DNA of 64,000 bases from Camelus ferus (Eukaryota): positions 2,544,001-2,608,000 of the forward strand of contig NC_045696.1 of assembly GCF_009834535.1 (NCBI RefSeq). The letters are read 5' to 3'. Under the pieces are notes generated by a model that saw only the letters and a list, made by a program, of their open reading frames with translations, was not told the DNA's origin and made no database searches. Below, one piece after another: positions 50,621-61,705 of this stretch. Position numbers and translations under genes: made by a program. Position 1 is the first letter of the stretch. Every line of letters starts with the position of its first letter.

Positions 50621-52379
50621 ATTTAAGACTCTGGAGGAGGGAGGAAAGGCCCTGGCTCTCACAGATCTTGGTGGGCCCAGGTCATTTGGCAAAAGCACAA
50701 GGAAGCCCTGCCCCCAGGGGTCTCCCTCGGTTTACAGACGAAGTCACCTGTCCCTGTAGGCACTCCTCCTCCTGTCACCCCTGCGGCTGCTCAGAGCCAG
50801 AGGCGTGAAGCGTGCTTCCCAGCCCCCATGCAAGTCCTGGCCCACAGGGACCCGGGGGACAGGGCCAGAGAGACCGGGTGGGGGAGCCTACAAGAGACTA
50901 GGGCTGGGTGCACTGTGCCACCCACGCCCCTCTCTTACACGGTCCCTAGATGCATGGCCAGAGAGCAAGGAGCAGGACTGCACCCAGGGCCCCCCCATCC
51001 CATGGCAGCTGCCCCCCACCCCAGCAAGGACAGCACAGCAGGCAGGTGGCTGGGCGACCGGCAGACTGGTGTGTGCGGGAGGACAACGCCAAAGACATTT
51101 CCCAGGCTCGACCCTTCCCGGGCAGCACCACACTCTACAGCGACACAGCCTGGGATCGCAGGGATCGCAGCTGGCCTTCGGGCCTGGGAGAGGGGGCAGA
51201 TCAACGTCTGAAAGCGACAAGGGAGCGTGAAGGCCTCTGTGGGTTTCAGTTGGAAGTTTAGCCTTAGGGAATGATCTTTCAGATGCACAGGTTCTTTTCT
51301 AAGACTATTAACTACAGTTGTCACAAATCTATCATAGTGAAAAACTGAAAACAATCCTAATTTCCTAGAGGACAAAGCACGGTAGAGATACAGCATGGCC
51401 CCAGTTTTTAATTGTACTATATTGATAAGGTAAGCTGAAAACACACTGAAATGTTTCAGAACCCATGTCCGCTGGACGGCAGAGCGGCAGGCGCCTTTCA
51501 CTCTCGTGCTGTGTGGTTTCCGTGTTTGCTGGGGCAGGACCACTTGCCCGACACCTGCTATGGCCCAGCACCCACGCCTAGAGCATTCTGCGCAGGCTGC
51601 GGTGAGACTGGCCTTTTGCAGATGAGGAAGCTGAAGCTCAGAAACACTGAGGGATGTAGCTGGTGAACCAGGGCCCCAGCCCGAGGCTACAACACAGAGC
51701 TCAGACATGTTGCAAATTCGGGGCCTTGTGAAAATGTAGCTTCCTGGGCCCCACCGCAGGGCTTCAGATGGGATTTGTCTGGTTGCAGAATGCAGCTCCC
51801 AGAAGCCGGAAGACCCAGGGTCTGAAATCCACCCACCCCCCGAAGTTCCCTCTGCTGCTTAAGTGCCCGCTGCCTCATCCTGGTGTCAGTGCGTCTGAAC
51901 CGCCATGGAGGGGGCATTCACGCCCACAGCCCCCCGACACCCGCCGGCCCCAGGAGGGGGCAGGATCTGAACTCAGATCTGTCCGAAGTCCTGTGAGTTC
52001 CTAGGAGCAATGGAACCAGGAAGAAAAGGAGCCCCGAGACTGAGGGATAAGTGGGGGTGGACTGCGTGTCAGAGACGGGCTACCACGGGCCTGCGGGGTT
52101 CTGGAAGGTTCCGACATCTTAGCTGAGCACCTACACAGGGCCGACTCCCCGCTGGGGCGTGGGTGGGGTAGCGCCCGCCCTGCTTGGCCTGACACTGACC
52201 CAACTTGGATCCCCGGGGAGAGGGGCACTGTGGTCGCCCTGGGCCACTCCAGCTCTGCCCTTGTTGGGGGTGGTCCCCTTGGCCAGACCAGAATGTCTGC
52301 TGCCCATCAGGGGAGGATGGGGGCTGCTCCAGGACGCACCTGAGAATTTCACTGGGCGAAGGGAGCATTTTAGCCCCTC

Positions 52380-52830
52380 TTGTTCAGAGCTGCGGCGTCC
52401 CCGGTGCCAGCCACAGCCGGGCGCGGACTGGCGGTCCGGATGCCGGCTCCAGGCTTCCTGTCCGGAAGGCTGGGCTGACGTCAGCCTGCGTGGGGCTCGC
52501 CCTCTCCCGGCCTGTGCGGAGGCAGGGAGGGTCTGGAACCGGGGCTCTGGGAACCGGTGCCCGGCCCCTGGGGGGAGCCATGGACCCGGGGCCACGTGGG
52601 CGCACCTGGGGGGCCCCCGGCCCACACCTGATAGCGTCCTGGCAGGTCCAAGGAGAGAAAACAGGAACCAAAACCCTGCGGGAAAGAGAAGCCCTTTCAG
52701 ACCCCACACTGGATGTGGGCTGGACAGGAAGCTGAGGGCTCTGGGTGGCAGGCTGGCGGCCCGGCCACCGCCGGAGGTCCGGCCTCCGAAGGACCGCTGC
52801 CCCCCCTGCCCCGCCCACCTCACCCGTTCT
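52380..52830. promoter_or_regulatory. CpG-rich element with palindromic CRE and ETS sites
   Basis: GGCTGACGTCAGCC at 52473-52486, next to cttcc and ccggaag ETS cores at about 52454-52468. E-box ccacgtgg at about 52592. Confidence 0.45.
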
Positions 52831-53565
52831 CACCCCCACCTCTTGCGTGGCTCTCCTTCCTGTCCCTCCTCCTGGGTTTCCAGCCCACTGGGTAAAAAGT
52901 CTAAAGAATAATAAACCTGAAGACTGGAGCCGGCTGTCCTGCACCCACTGTGCGGGGGAGCTGGGGGCGTCCTGCCCCCTGAAGGTCCCTCTCCTGAGCC
53001 AGCGCAGAGGCCCTGCTGGAGAGCCCAGGGGGGCCCACCCGCCTCCTTACTTCCAAGGGAGGGGTCAGCTCAGAGAGAAGCCAGACGGGAACCCAGTCAG
53101 CAGGCAGACTGCACGCGGGCTCCTGGCCTGGGTGGGAAAGGGCCTTCGAAGGGAGGGGCCTGCCTGCGCTCCGCACAGCAGGTACGCAGCCTGAGGCCGT
53201 GAGAGGAGGGCATTCGTCACTTCGGTGCTGGCTGCCGGCAGGTGACTCTGTCCTCCAGGCTGTCCTGGCTTCAGTACAGCCGCTCCGGGCCCCCTTGGAA
53301 CAGAAGCCCAAGTGGAGGGGCTGAGAGTGGGTGAGGAGGGCCCTCCCAGATCCTGGGGCTCTGTGAACCATGTGAGACCCCGTATCATTTGTAAGGTGCA
53401 GGCACAAGGCTTGGGGACACCAAGGGGGTTCCTGACACTTTTCAGAGCCCTGGCACAGAAGTGTCGCAGTCACCGTGCAGAGCAACCCTCAGTGTGGACG
53501 ACAGGACCTGCCTGAGTCTGGGAACCATCGTGACGGAAAGCTGTTTGCTCAAGTCACCCCTCAGG

Positions 53566-53675
53566 TGTGTGGGTGTGGGCGTGCGTGTGTCTGTGCGTGA
53601 TGTGCGTGTGAGTGGGGAGGGTGTATGTGGAGTGTGTGTCTTCTGAGTGTGTGCGCGCACGTGTGGTGTGCGCGT
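53566..53675 (+). repeat. Degenerate (TG)n tract
   Basis: gtgtgtgggtgtgggcgtgcgtgtgtctgtgcgtg..., seen directly. Confidence 0.85.
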
Positions 53676-54294
53676 GTCTGGGTATCTGTATTGCCCACCC
53701 TCCCTCTCGGGGTTTGCGGGGACGTCCTTGGGGCCTCACAGCTCTGCCTGGGCAGGGAGGGCAGGTCTGTGCGGAGACCGCGGGGCCTTGGACAGCCACG
53801 CCTGCACACACGTGCCCAGGCTCGCACCTGCGCCATGGCTGTGCTGAGATGGAGGAGCGGCGCCAGAGGGAAGGGGGCCTATTGCACAAGTGTGTCTGAA
53901 GCCTGTGGATGGTGTGGGCACACAGAGATGACAATGACTTGAGGCCTGGAGAGCAGCAGGCATGGGGACACTTAAATCCCTGTCACTTCAGTCATGTTGA
54001 CTTCCTGGCCCAACTGGAGGCAGCGCAGCATGTCCCTGTCCCGATGGAGGGAAGTGCACAGTGACCGAGCGCCCCGGAGGATGTGGCCAGCCCGGGATGT
54101 CGGGGCCTGTGGGAAGCTGCTTGCGGACAAGGCCTCAGGCTCAGGCCAGCCTCGGCTCTGTGGGGTGAGGCGGGGTGAGGGGGGCGGGTCCCCAGGGGCT
54201 TTCTCTGGAGGCAGGTGGGGCTGCTGGTTAGAGGGTCTCAGAGTCCCTGGGTCCTCACACTCCAGCGATGTGGCCTGCAGGGGTCCTGGGCCCC

Positions 54295-54545
54295 ATGCAC
54301 ACGTGACCCCAGAAGACGCAGGCAGAGACAGTTGAACAGCCCACAGGGAGGGTCCCAGGATCAGAGAGGAGGCTGAGTGGTGTGGCCACGATCCAGAGGA
54401 TGCTGGGGCTCCCAGGAACTGGAGGAGGCAGGGAGGGAACTTCCCCTAAAGCCTTGGGAGGGAGTTTGGTCCTGCTAATGCTTTGATTTCAGACTTCTGG
54501 CTTCCAGACTACAAGAGAATAGATTTCGGTTGCTTTAAGATCCCC
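54295..54545 (+). mobile_element. MaLR LTR fragment (MLT1D-type)
   Basis: ccaggaactggaggaggcagggaggg...ctttgatttcagacttctggcttccagactacaagagaatagatttcggttgctttaag. Confidence 0.75.
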
Positions 54546-55187
54546 CACCCCAACACACACACACCTGATCTGTTCTGCTTTGTTTTGGGTGGCTTAGTGA
54601 GGCCACTTGCCCTGCAGCGTGCAGAGCCTTTGTGGGGAGGGGGGTCTTTCATTAGGGGCGGGGCCTGGGACTCCCACTCTGTGGGGCTCAGGCTCTTGAC
54701 CCGGGGAGGAACAGCACAGCCCCAGTGAGACCAGGGCCAGGGCCAGCCAACAAGGGACGCTATCAGCTTGTCCTCGGCAAGGGGACATCCATATGGAGCT
54801 CCAGGCTCAGCTCACGTCGCAGGGCTCCTCCCAGGGCTGCCTCCTGGGATCCCACCCCCGCAGGACCACCCCACTGTCTCTCGTGTTCCCACCCAAGGCT
54901 CAGCCCCAGCCCACGCGGGAGCAGAATGGCTCCAGGCTCTTCCAACTCAGACAAGCTGGGGGCCTCTCATGGGCCCGATCCCCACTGAGCTGTAAGCCAT
55001 CCGGGGGTCTCTCGCTGGAGAGGAGGGAGAGGTCACTCACAGCCGCTGGCTAGAGGGCTCTTCTGTTTGGCCTCTTCCTTCTGGAGTGTCACCCCCTCCA
55101 AGCAGTCCTCCCTGACTATCTTATCTAAAGCTGCACAAGTACGGCTTCTCATTACACTCTTGTGCACTCTGCACAGCACTTGTCTGG

Positions 55188-55330
55188 TGGGCAGTGTGTC
55201 TAGTGCTCAGGGCATGTACTCAGGGTCCAGAGCACCTGCCTTTGGGTCCAGCTCCTGTGTGATCTTGGGAAAGTTGCCTAACTTCTCTGTGCCTCTGGAT
55301 TACGGTGGCTCTGGCTCCAAGGTTTAGCGA
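55188..55330 (+). mobile_element. MIR SINE remnant
   Basis: gtgtgatcttgggaaagttgcctaacttctctgtgcctc matches the MIR core. Confidence 0.65.
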
Positions 55331-58307
55331 GCTAAGGAGCTCAGAACAGTGCTGGAAAAAGGAAGCTCAGCGGGCACTGTGACCCCAGGAGGGTATAGAC
55401 CATGGACTTGCAGAGAGTGAGGGTGCTGCACCCGGCACCCCCAGCCTCAAGGTGCTGCCCTGGAGCATGTGAGTGGGTGAATGACCTGGATCTGCTGCTT
55501 CCCAGACCTGCTCGTGTCCATCCCCCGGGAGTGACAGAAAACTGCCTGGAAAAGCAGACCTCCAGCCCCTGACTCTGTGTTAACAGACCCCGCCCGCCCC
55601 AGTGGGCCAGCATTCCAGGGTCACTGGCCCAGAGCGAAGCTGGTGGACGCAGAGGGTGGGCCTGGCCTCTGGCAGTGGGGACACCTGCTTGTGCTTCCCT
55701 GTGAAATTGCGGGAGAGCGAAGAGATGGTCAGGAAGGAGGAGGGGCAGGCACCCCTCAGACAGATCGCAGGGAGCTCCTCCCCCAGCCTTCCTTCCTTCC
55801 CACTCAGCTCCCGACTGCGTTCCAGACACAAACACTGAGGGGCTCCTCTTGAGCCCAGGGGACTCAGGTCCCCCGGGGAGGTGGTACAGCGGATTGGCAT
55901 TTGCACCTCAGAAAACACCGAGCAAGGCCACTGGATGCCCCATGTTCCCACTGCCTCCTTCCCCCAGAAAAGGTGGAGGGTGGCCACCTCAGGCTGGCTC
56001 CCCAGGGCAGCAGGAAGTTGTCCAGCTCCACGGCTGACCTGCTGTCTTAATGACCGACGTGGCCACTTGGCAGCCAAGCCAGCTGGCTGTGACTGTAAAG
56101 CCTGGTGAACAAAGTAGACCATTAAAAGGCGATACGGAGGCGCTTGCCTGCACCCCAGGCAGACGAGCTGGAACGAGGCAGGCACGCTGCTTGGCAGGAC
56201 AGCCAGGTCTCGCGTCCTCGTTCACAGGCTGCGGGCAGGACTGGAGGTTTAGGGCCTGACGGGCAGGGAGCAGATGGGGCTGAGTCATGGCGGATGAGAG
56301 GTCACATTCTGAGGAGAAAGTAGTTGACCCACATTGTCCCCAGGGTCCCCCTCCTTGGTAGAAGCCTCCGAGGACCCTTCCCACATGCAGTCCCTCCACT
56401 GCCTCATCCATCCATCCATCCATCCTTCAGGAGCCAGGCACTGTCCAGGGTTCTGGAGACACAGTGAAGATCCAGCCACAGCCCCTGCCCCAAGCAGCTG
56501 AGGCCAGGGCAGTGACTGCAAACCCAGATGGCCAGCAGTGCCGGGCAGTGATGTGAGGCAGCAGGCGGACAGCTTGTGGAAAACCACAGGAGAGCAGGAT
56601 GGTGCGTGACAGTGGACCTGCAGGCCTGGCTGTGCCCCTCAGGGCCATGGCTCTGGACGCCTGGACCCAGTAAGTAAGGTGGTGCGATGACTGGGGCTTG
56701 TAGAGAGAAAACACACAGGAGCGTAGGTCCTCTACGGGTGTTACCCCAGGCCCCCGAACCACTAAACACAGAGGCAGGGCCAGGAACGTGGACTTTAAAG
56801 GCTCTGCCGGAGGCTGTGGTGTGAACCCCCACCCCAGGGAGCTAATGGGCCACAGGCCCCCACAGCCATGCTGAGACCCTCTGCCAAGGCCACATGGACC
56901 AGCTTTGTGTCCTTGGACAGCCCTGGAGCCACCTCCAGGCCTTGTTTTCTGGAGAAAAGGGGGAACTGGGGCCAGAAGTCCTCCAAGAACCTTCTGGCTC
57001 TCGGCCTCTGCCCTGGTTTCTGGCCTGGGACCCAGGCTCTGCCTGCAGTACCAAGGCGTGTGCGGAGCCGAAGCCAGGAGCTGCTCGACATGAGCCCGTG
57101 CAGTCTCCTCACCCGCCCCCCAGCTGTCACCCCCAGCTTGTGCGGTCCTTGTCACCCTGTACCGTCTCAAACGTCCAGGGGGCCTTTGTGTGGCACCTGC
57201 CAGGGAGAGTGGTCGGCTCAGGCTGAGTCACGGCTTGTTCTGCTGTCCTTGAGCCTGCGGTCTCCACCACTGGAGAGAGCCTCCCCAGGGAGGAGCTGCG
57301 GACGGACAGACAGACAGAGCAGGGGAGAGGACCCGTGAGCTCAGCTCCCATGTGGACCAGCGTAACAGCTGCCAGCCTTTGAGGGCATTTCTGGAAAACT
57401 CAGGCTGCTCTGAACGGGCTGGGGTTTACTTTAAACGTGAGCTTCTTCGTTGCCAAGGCTGTCAGTTGCCCAGAACCAGAATCGACCTGGGGTGGGGGGG
57501 GCGGCGACCAACAACACATAACCCGACTTGGGGGGGCTCCCCATGGTCTTCCTCCCTGCGGCTGAGCCGATGGGCACAAAGCTGCCTGTGGGGCTCTCCC
57601 GGGAAGTCCACAGCCTTTCCATTCACACAGGGGACATCAGAAAGGGCTCTTACGGGTGAATGCCCGGTGTTCACGATGCGAGGATGCCAAGAGTGGTTCA
57701 GAGCTAGTGCCCACCTGTGGGCAGTGTGCAGGCCTGAGGAAAGCATCCAAGCAGGCCTGCCCCTGCTGAGTCCTGTGTCCCGTGCGTGTCGGAGTGTCCT
57801 GCAGGCTGGAGCTCCAGCCTCAGGGAGCTGGGCCCCTCCCCGTGGTGGCCGGAGCACCCACGGTACAGACTGCAGGGCATCAGTGGCTGCAGAGCCGATC
57901 AGGGCTGTTTCGTACCTGCTCGCTGACACAGGCCAACTCCCAAAGCATCTCTGTTCAGGCAGCAAGGTGGTATGGGTCACAGCCTCAGCCTGCTCACCTT
58001 CTGGGGCCACTGTCACCACAAGAGTTGTGCCTGACAAAACAAGCTAAGGTCCATTCACATTGTCACCGTCCTCACCTGGGGGAGCCCGTGAGGACAGGGA
58101 AGGGGGCTGAGGCTTGTCCTGGAGTCAGAACCCCAGGGAGCCACGGGCCAGTGGGCCTGACCCTGGGGCTTCATCCGGCACTCACTGGTTCTCCATGATG
58201 GAGAGGAAGTAGGGGTGGACAGCGGGCCGCCCGGAGCTGACGCCGGCGCCCCTCCGCCCCCCTCCCTCCCAGCGGTCTCTAGTGTCCGCGCAAGTGCTCC
58301 AGCCACC

Positions 58308-59195
58308 ATGCGCTGCTCTGCCACGGATGCTCCAGCCTCGTGGGTCCCCGTGTCACACCCTGCTGTGCACAGTGACACCCCACTCCCTCCACACCACGTG
58401 GACCCCACCCACCCCCAGCTCCACAGCGCCTGGGGCCGCAGCTGGCTCCCAGGCTCCCTGAGACGCGTCCTCACCCTGAAGAGTTTCCAGGATCGTCCAG
58501 TCTCGGTGGTGCTGCCCGCTGTCGCCTGGGTGACTCTCCTCACAGACACTGCCATCTGGGCGGGGTGGGGGAGGCGGAGGAGGCCGCAGGGCCCCCTGTG
58601 CAGGGAGAGGTGAGTCTCGTCTCAAGAGGGGCCTGTTGAGCCGTGCCTACTTCCCCGCACCCTCCCCCCACATCTCGCCTCCCCACCCACATGCAATCAC
58701 AAACTTGCATCCAGCTTTACGAGCTGGAAATTTAACATCAAAAATCCTTCCTGCTACTTAAATTTCTACCTTAGGACCCGGAAAGACAGAGCAGATTTTC
58801 TCCCCCTGTTTTACGCCGAGCTGATTCAAGTGGGCACGTTGCCAGGGTGAGCATCACCAGGGAGCCTCTTCCCGCCGCCTCCGGGCGATGCGTGAGAACT
58901 TCACAGCCTCCTCCATCTGGCCAAACACAGCCCGGAACGGCCTGAGGGTGAGCCCAGGGGCACGGTCTCCTTGGTCTCCTCCGACGTCTGGAATTGCGTA
59001 GAGCAGACGCCGAAAGCGTCACAGGGCTAGCGCTCCCCTGAATGTATTCCATTGTTTTAATCTGAATTGGTTCTTTTGAGAAAGGAGACGCAGATCTCAT
59101 GGTGTGTCCCTTTCATGTGCGGGAGCTCTAATCACGTGGTATTCTGTAGGTGCCCGAAAACTTGTATTTCTAATTCCTCCGGAGGCCCATCATGA
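58308..59195 (+). CDS. Hypothetical spliced ORF, about 139 aa (exons 58308-58609, 58775-58846, 59150-59195); no recognised homologue
   Basis: GCCACCATG Kozak context, AG|gtgagt donor, ttctaccttag| acceptor, a 72-nt open internal exon, GG|gtgagc donor, and ctctaat branch plus ttctgtag| acceptor. Manual ab initio model only. Confidence 0.2.
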
Positions 59196-59777
59196 AAGAG
59201 CTTGTTATGACTACGGGCCTTCCCCCAGGACGTAGGCACTGCGAGGGGGAGACAGCGCGAGCCGCTGCCTGTGAGGAGGGGCCTCGCAGCCTTCAGCGTT
59301 CACAGCTCAGCCTGCAGTGACCGCTCGGGGTGTCTGCGCCCTGCGCTGGTGATGCAGTTCTAGCATTTGCAGGCCAAGAGGGCAGGGACCATCTCACCAC
59401 CCACAATTTCATCCCTGCAGGATTGGGCCACCTTGCCAGGCCCAGAGCAGATAAAGGGCCTGCTCCACCCCAGCCCTGGTGTGCAGAGAGGGGATGAGGG
59501 GGTGCCCACAGAGGAGGCAGAGACGTCTGGAAACCCCTGGCTGCAGAGAAACGGCTGAGGACTGTGTCCCTCCCTGCTCCCATTTCCTGTCACCTTTGGA
59601 GGCCATGTGTCTGTCCTTCACGGCCTTCTCCCAGCTCTGGACAGTCCTTTGCTGCTAAGGGTCTCAAGAATGCCAGGAGGTGAATCTTGCCACTGGGCAA
59701 AATGTTCCTTTCATCTGGGATTCCTTAGAAAGAGTTCTGAGCCTCACAGAGGGATGTGGGCTGCTGAGCGGATCTCG

Positions 59778-59850
59778 TGAAACTCTGAAATGAGAGGAGA
59801 CTCTGAAATTGGAGACTCTGAATTGGAGGAGGAGCTCTGAAACTGGGGAG
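59778..59850 (+). repeat. Short imperfect tandem repeat, about 4 copies of (ggaga)ctctgaa(a)tt
   Basis: aactctgaaatgagaggagactctgaaattggagactctgaattggaggaggagctctgaaactggggag, seen directly. Confidence 0.75.
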
Positions 59851-60572
59851 ATGGCAGACATTAGCACAGGGTGGTAGGTCACCTTGAGGTCAGACGACAA
59901 CCCCTGGCCTCTGCTTCCCGGTTCCACACTGCGTACAAGTCAGCCTCAGCTCAGCAAACACTAGGCCCATGATTCCTGTTGTTTGCTGGCTGGCAGTCCA
60001 GACTCTGCGTGGAACAGGAGAGAGAAAGTTGTGACTCCTACTCTTGAGATGCTTGCAGTGTAGACTTAGCAGAGATGGATTCTGAGAAGATTATGTCAGA
60101 ACCAGACAGCACTATTATATGTCAAGCTCCGGAAGAGATTCCTGAGGCAACCAGGAAGGTGGATGTAGAACATCCTTCCCATCCCCCTCCCTTAGTATTT
60201 AGAACCCCAACTTTTAGCTGGGTACATTGCCTTCAGATGAAAGACTACATCCCCCACACTACATTATGACTAAGTGAGGAATGTCCTCTTGGTTGGAATG
60301 CAGAGGTGATGACTGCCGCTCAAGCAGCCATTTTGGACCATGAGGTGGCACGGTCAGTATGAAGGAGCAGCATGTGGAAGAAGTCTGAATCCCAACTCTT
60401 ATCTGAGCACATTGTAATCTGGATCACCCCCCAACCCCAGTTAGCTGGGCATATTCCCCATCTTCTCTTGCAGCTAGATGTGGCTATGTGCCTAAATTTT
60501 GGCCAACAAATTTTAGGCAGATATGTTGCATGCCTCTTCCAGAAAACATCCTAGTGGCTGGGCCACGCCCTC

Positions 60573-60930
60573 TGCTGTGGACTGAATGGTGTCCCCCACA
60601 AAATTCATATGTTGAAACCCTCACCTCTAGTGTGATAGTATTTGGAGATGGGGCCTTTGAGGGGAGACGAGGTTTGGGTGAGGTCATGAGGGTGGGCCCC
60701 CCATGACGGGATAAGTGTCTCTATAAGAAGAGGAAGAGACACCAGAGTCCTCTCTCTGCCAAGTGAGGACACAGGGAGAAGGCCGTCTGTAAGCCAGGAA
60801 GAGGGGACTCACCAGAGCACAACTCTGCAGGCACCCTGATTGCAGACTCCCCAGAACGGAGGGGAAGAAACGTGTGTTGTGTGAGCCCCCAGTCTGTGGC
60901 GTTTTGTTACAGCAGCGGAGCACACTGACA
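60573..60930 (+). mobile_element. MaLR LTR (MLT1A/B-type), well preserved
   Basis: tgctgtggactgaatggtgtcccccacaaaattcatatgttgaaaccctcacc...gttttgttacagcagcggagcacactgaca. Confidence 0.9.
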
Positions 60931-61239
60931 CCGCCTCCTCCATGCCGCCCGTCCGCTGGCGGGGAGCCCAGGCGGCCGTGCAGGTCCAGCAGGGAGCCCG
61001 CTGATGGTGCAGAGGCGAAGCACCGGGCGGCGTTCCGTCTGGGCCGGGGCGCCTCCCCCCGCCCCCCAGCTGTCTTTGATTTGCAACATATTCTGAGATA
61101 CAGCATCTGTCTGAAACCTGCGCGTGTCTGGCTTTTGCTCTGGTTTTCCGATGAAAGAAAAATGAATTAATTTGCCTGAAAATTCTCACCCCACAAGTTA
61201 ATATACATTTTCCAGCTCTCATCTTCCCCAAATAGGCCA

Positions 61240-61705
61240 TGTCGCCTGCGGCTTCCCCAGTAAATTATCACACACGGTGGCTTAAACCAACAGAAATTTA
61301 CTCTCTCACGGTCCTAGAGGCCGGAAGTCTGCAGTCAAGGTGCCGTCAGGACCACGCCCCTATGCAGCTTTCGGGGGGGAGCCTGCCTGCCTCTTCCAGA
61401 TCCTGGGGGCTCCAGGCGTCCCTTGGCTTGTGGCCCCCCCCCCCCATCTCTGCCGCCATCATCGTGCGGGCTTCGCCTCTTCCCTGTGTCTGCCCCTGTG
61501 TGTCTCCTGTAAGAGCACGCGCCACGGGATTCAGGGCTTTTGGGTAATTTGGGTTTAGGGTGTGTTTGGATCGTCCAGGACAGCCTCCCACTGAGGTTCG
61601 TAACTGAATCTGCAAAGACCCTTCCCAAATGAGGTCACGTGGAGGGGTTCTGGGGATTTGACACGGACATGCCTTCTGGGGGCCTCCTACTGGCTGGCCA
61701 CCGTG
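61240..61705 (-). mobile_element. MaLR LTR (MLT1C-type)
   Basis: taaattatcacacacggtggcttaaaccaacagaaatttactctctcacggtcctagaggccggaagtc...tctgcaaagacccttcccaaatgaggtcac. Confidence 0.85.

Noticed and set aside
59778..59850. CRISPR-like repeat-spacer array
   Set aside because: The units are too short and irregular, there are no unique spacers or cas genes, and the context is mammalian.
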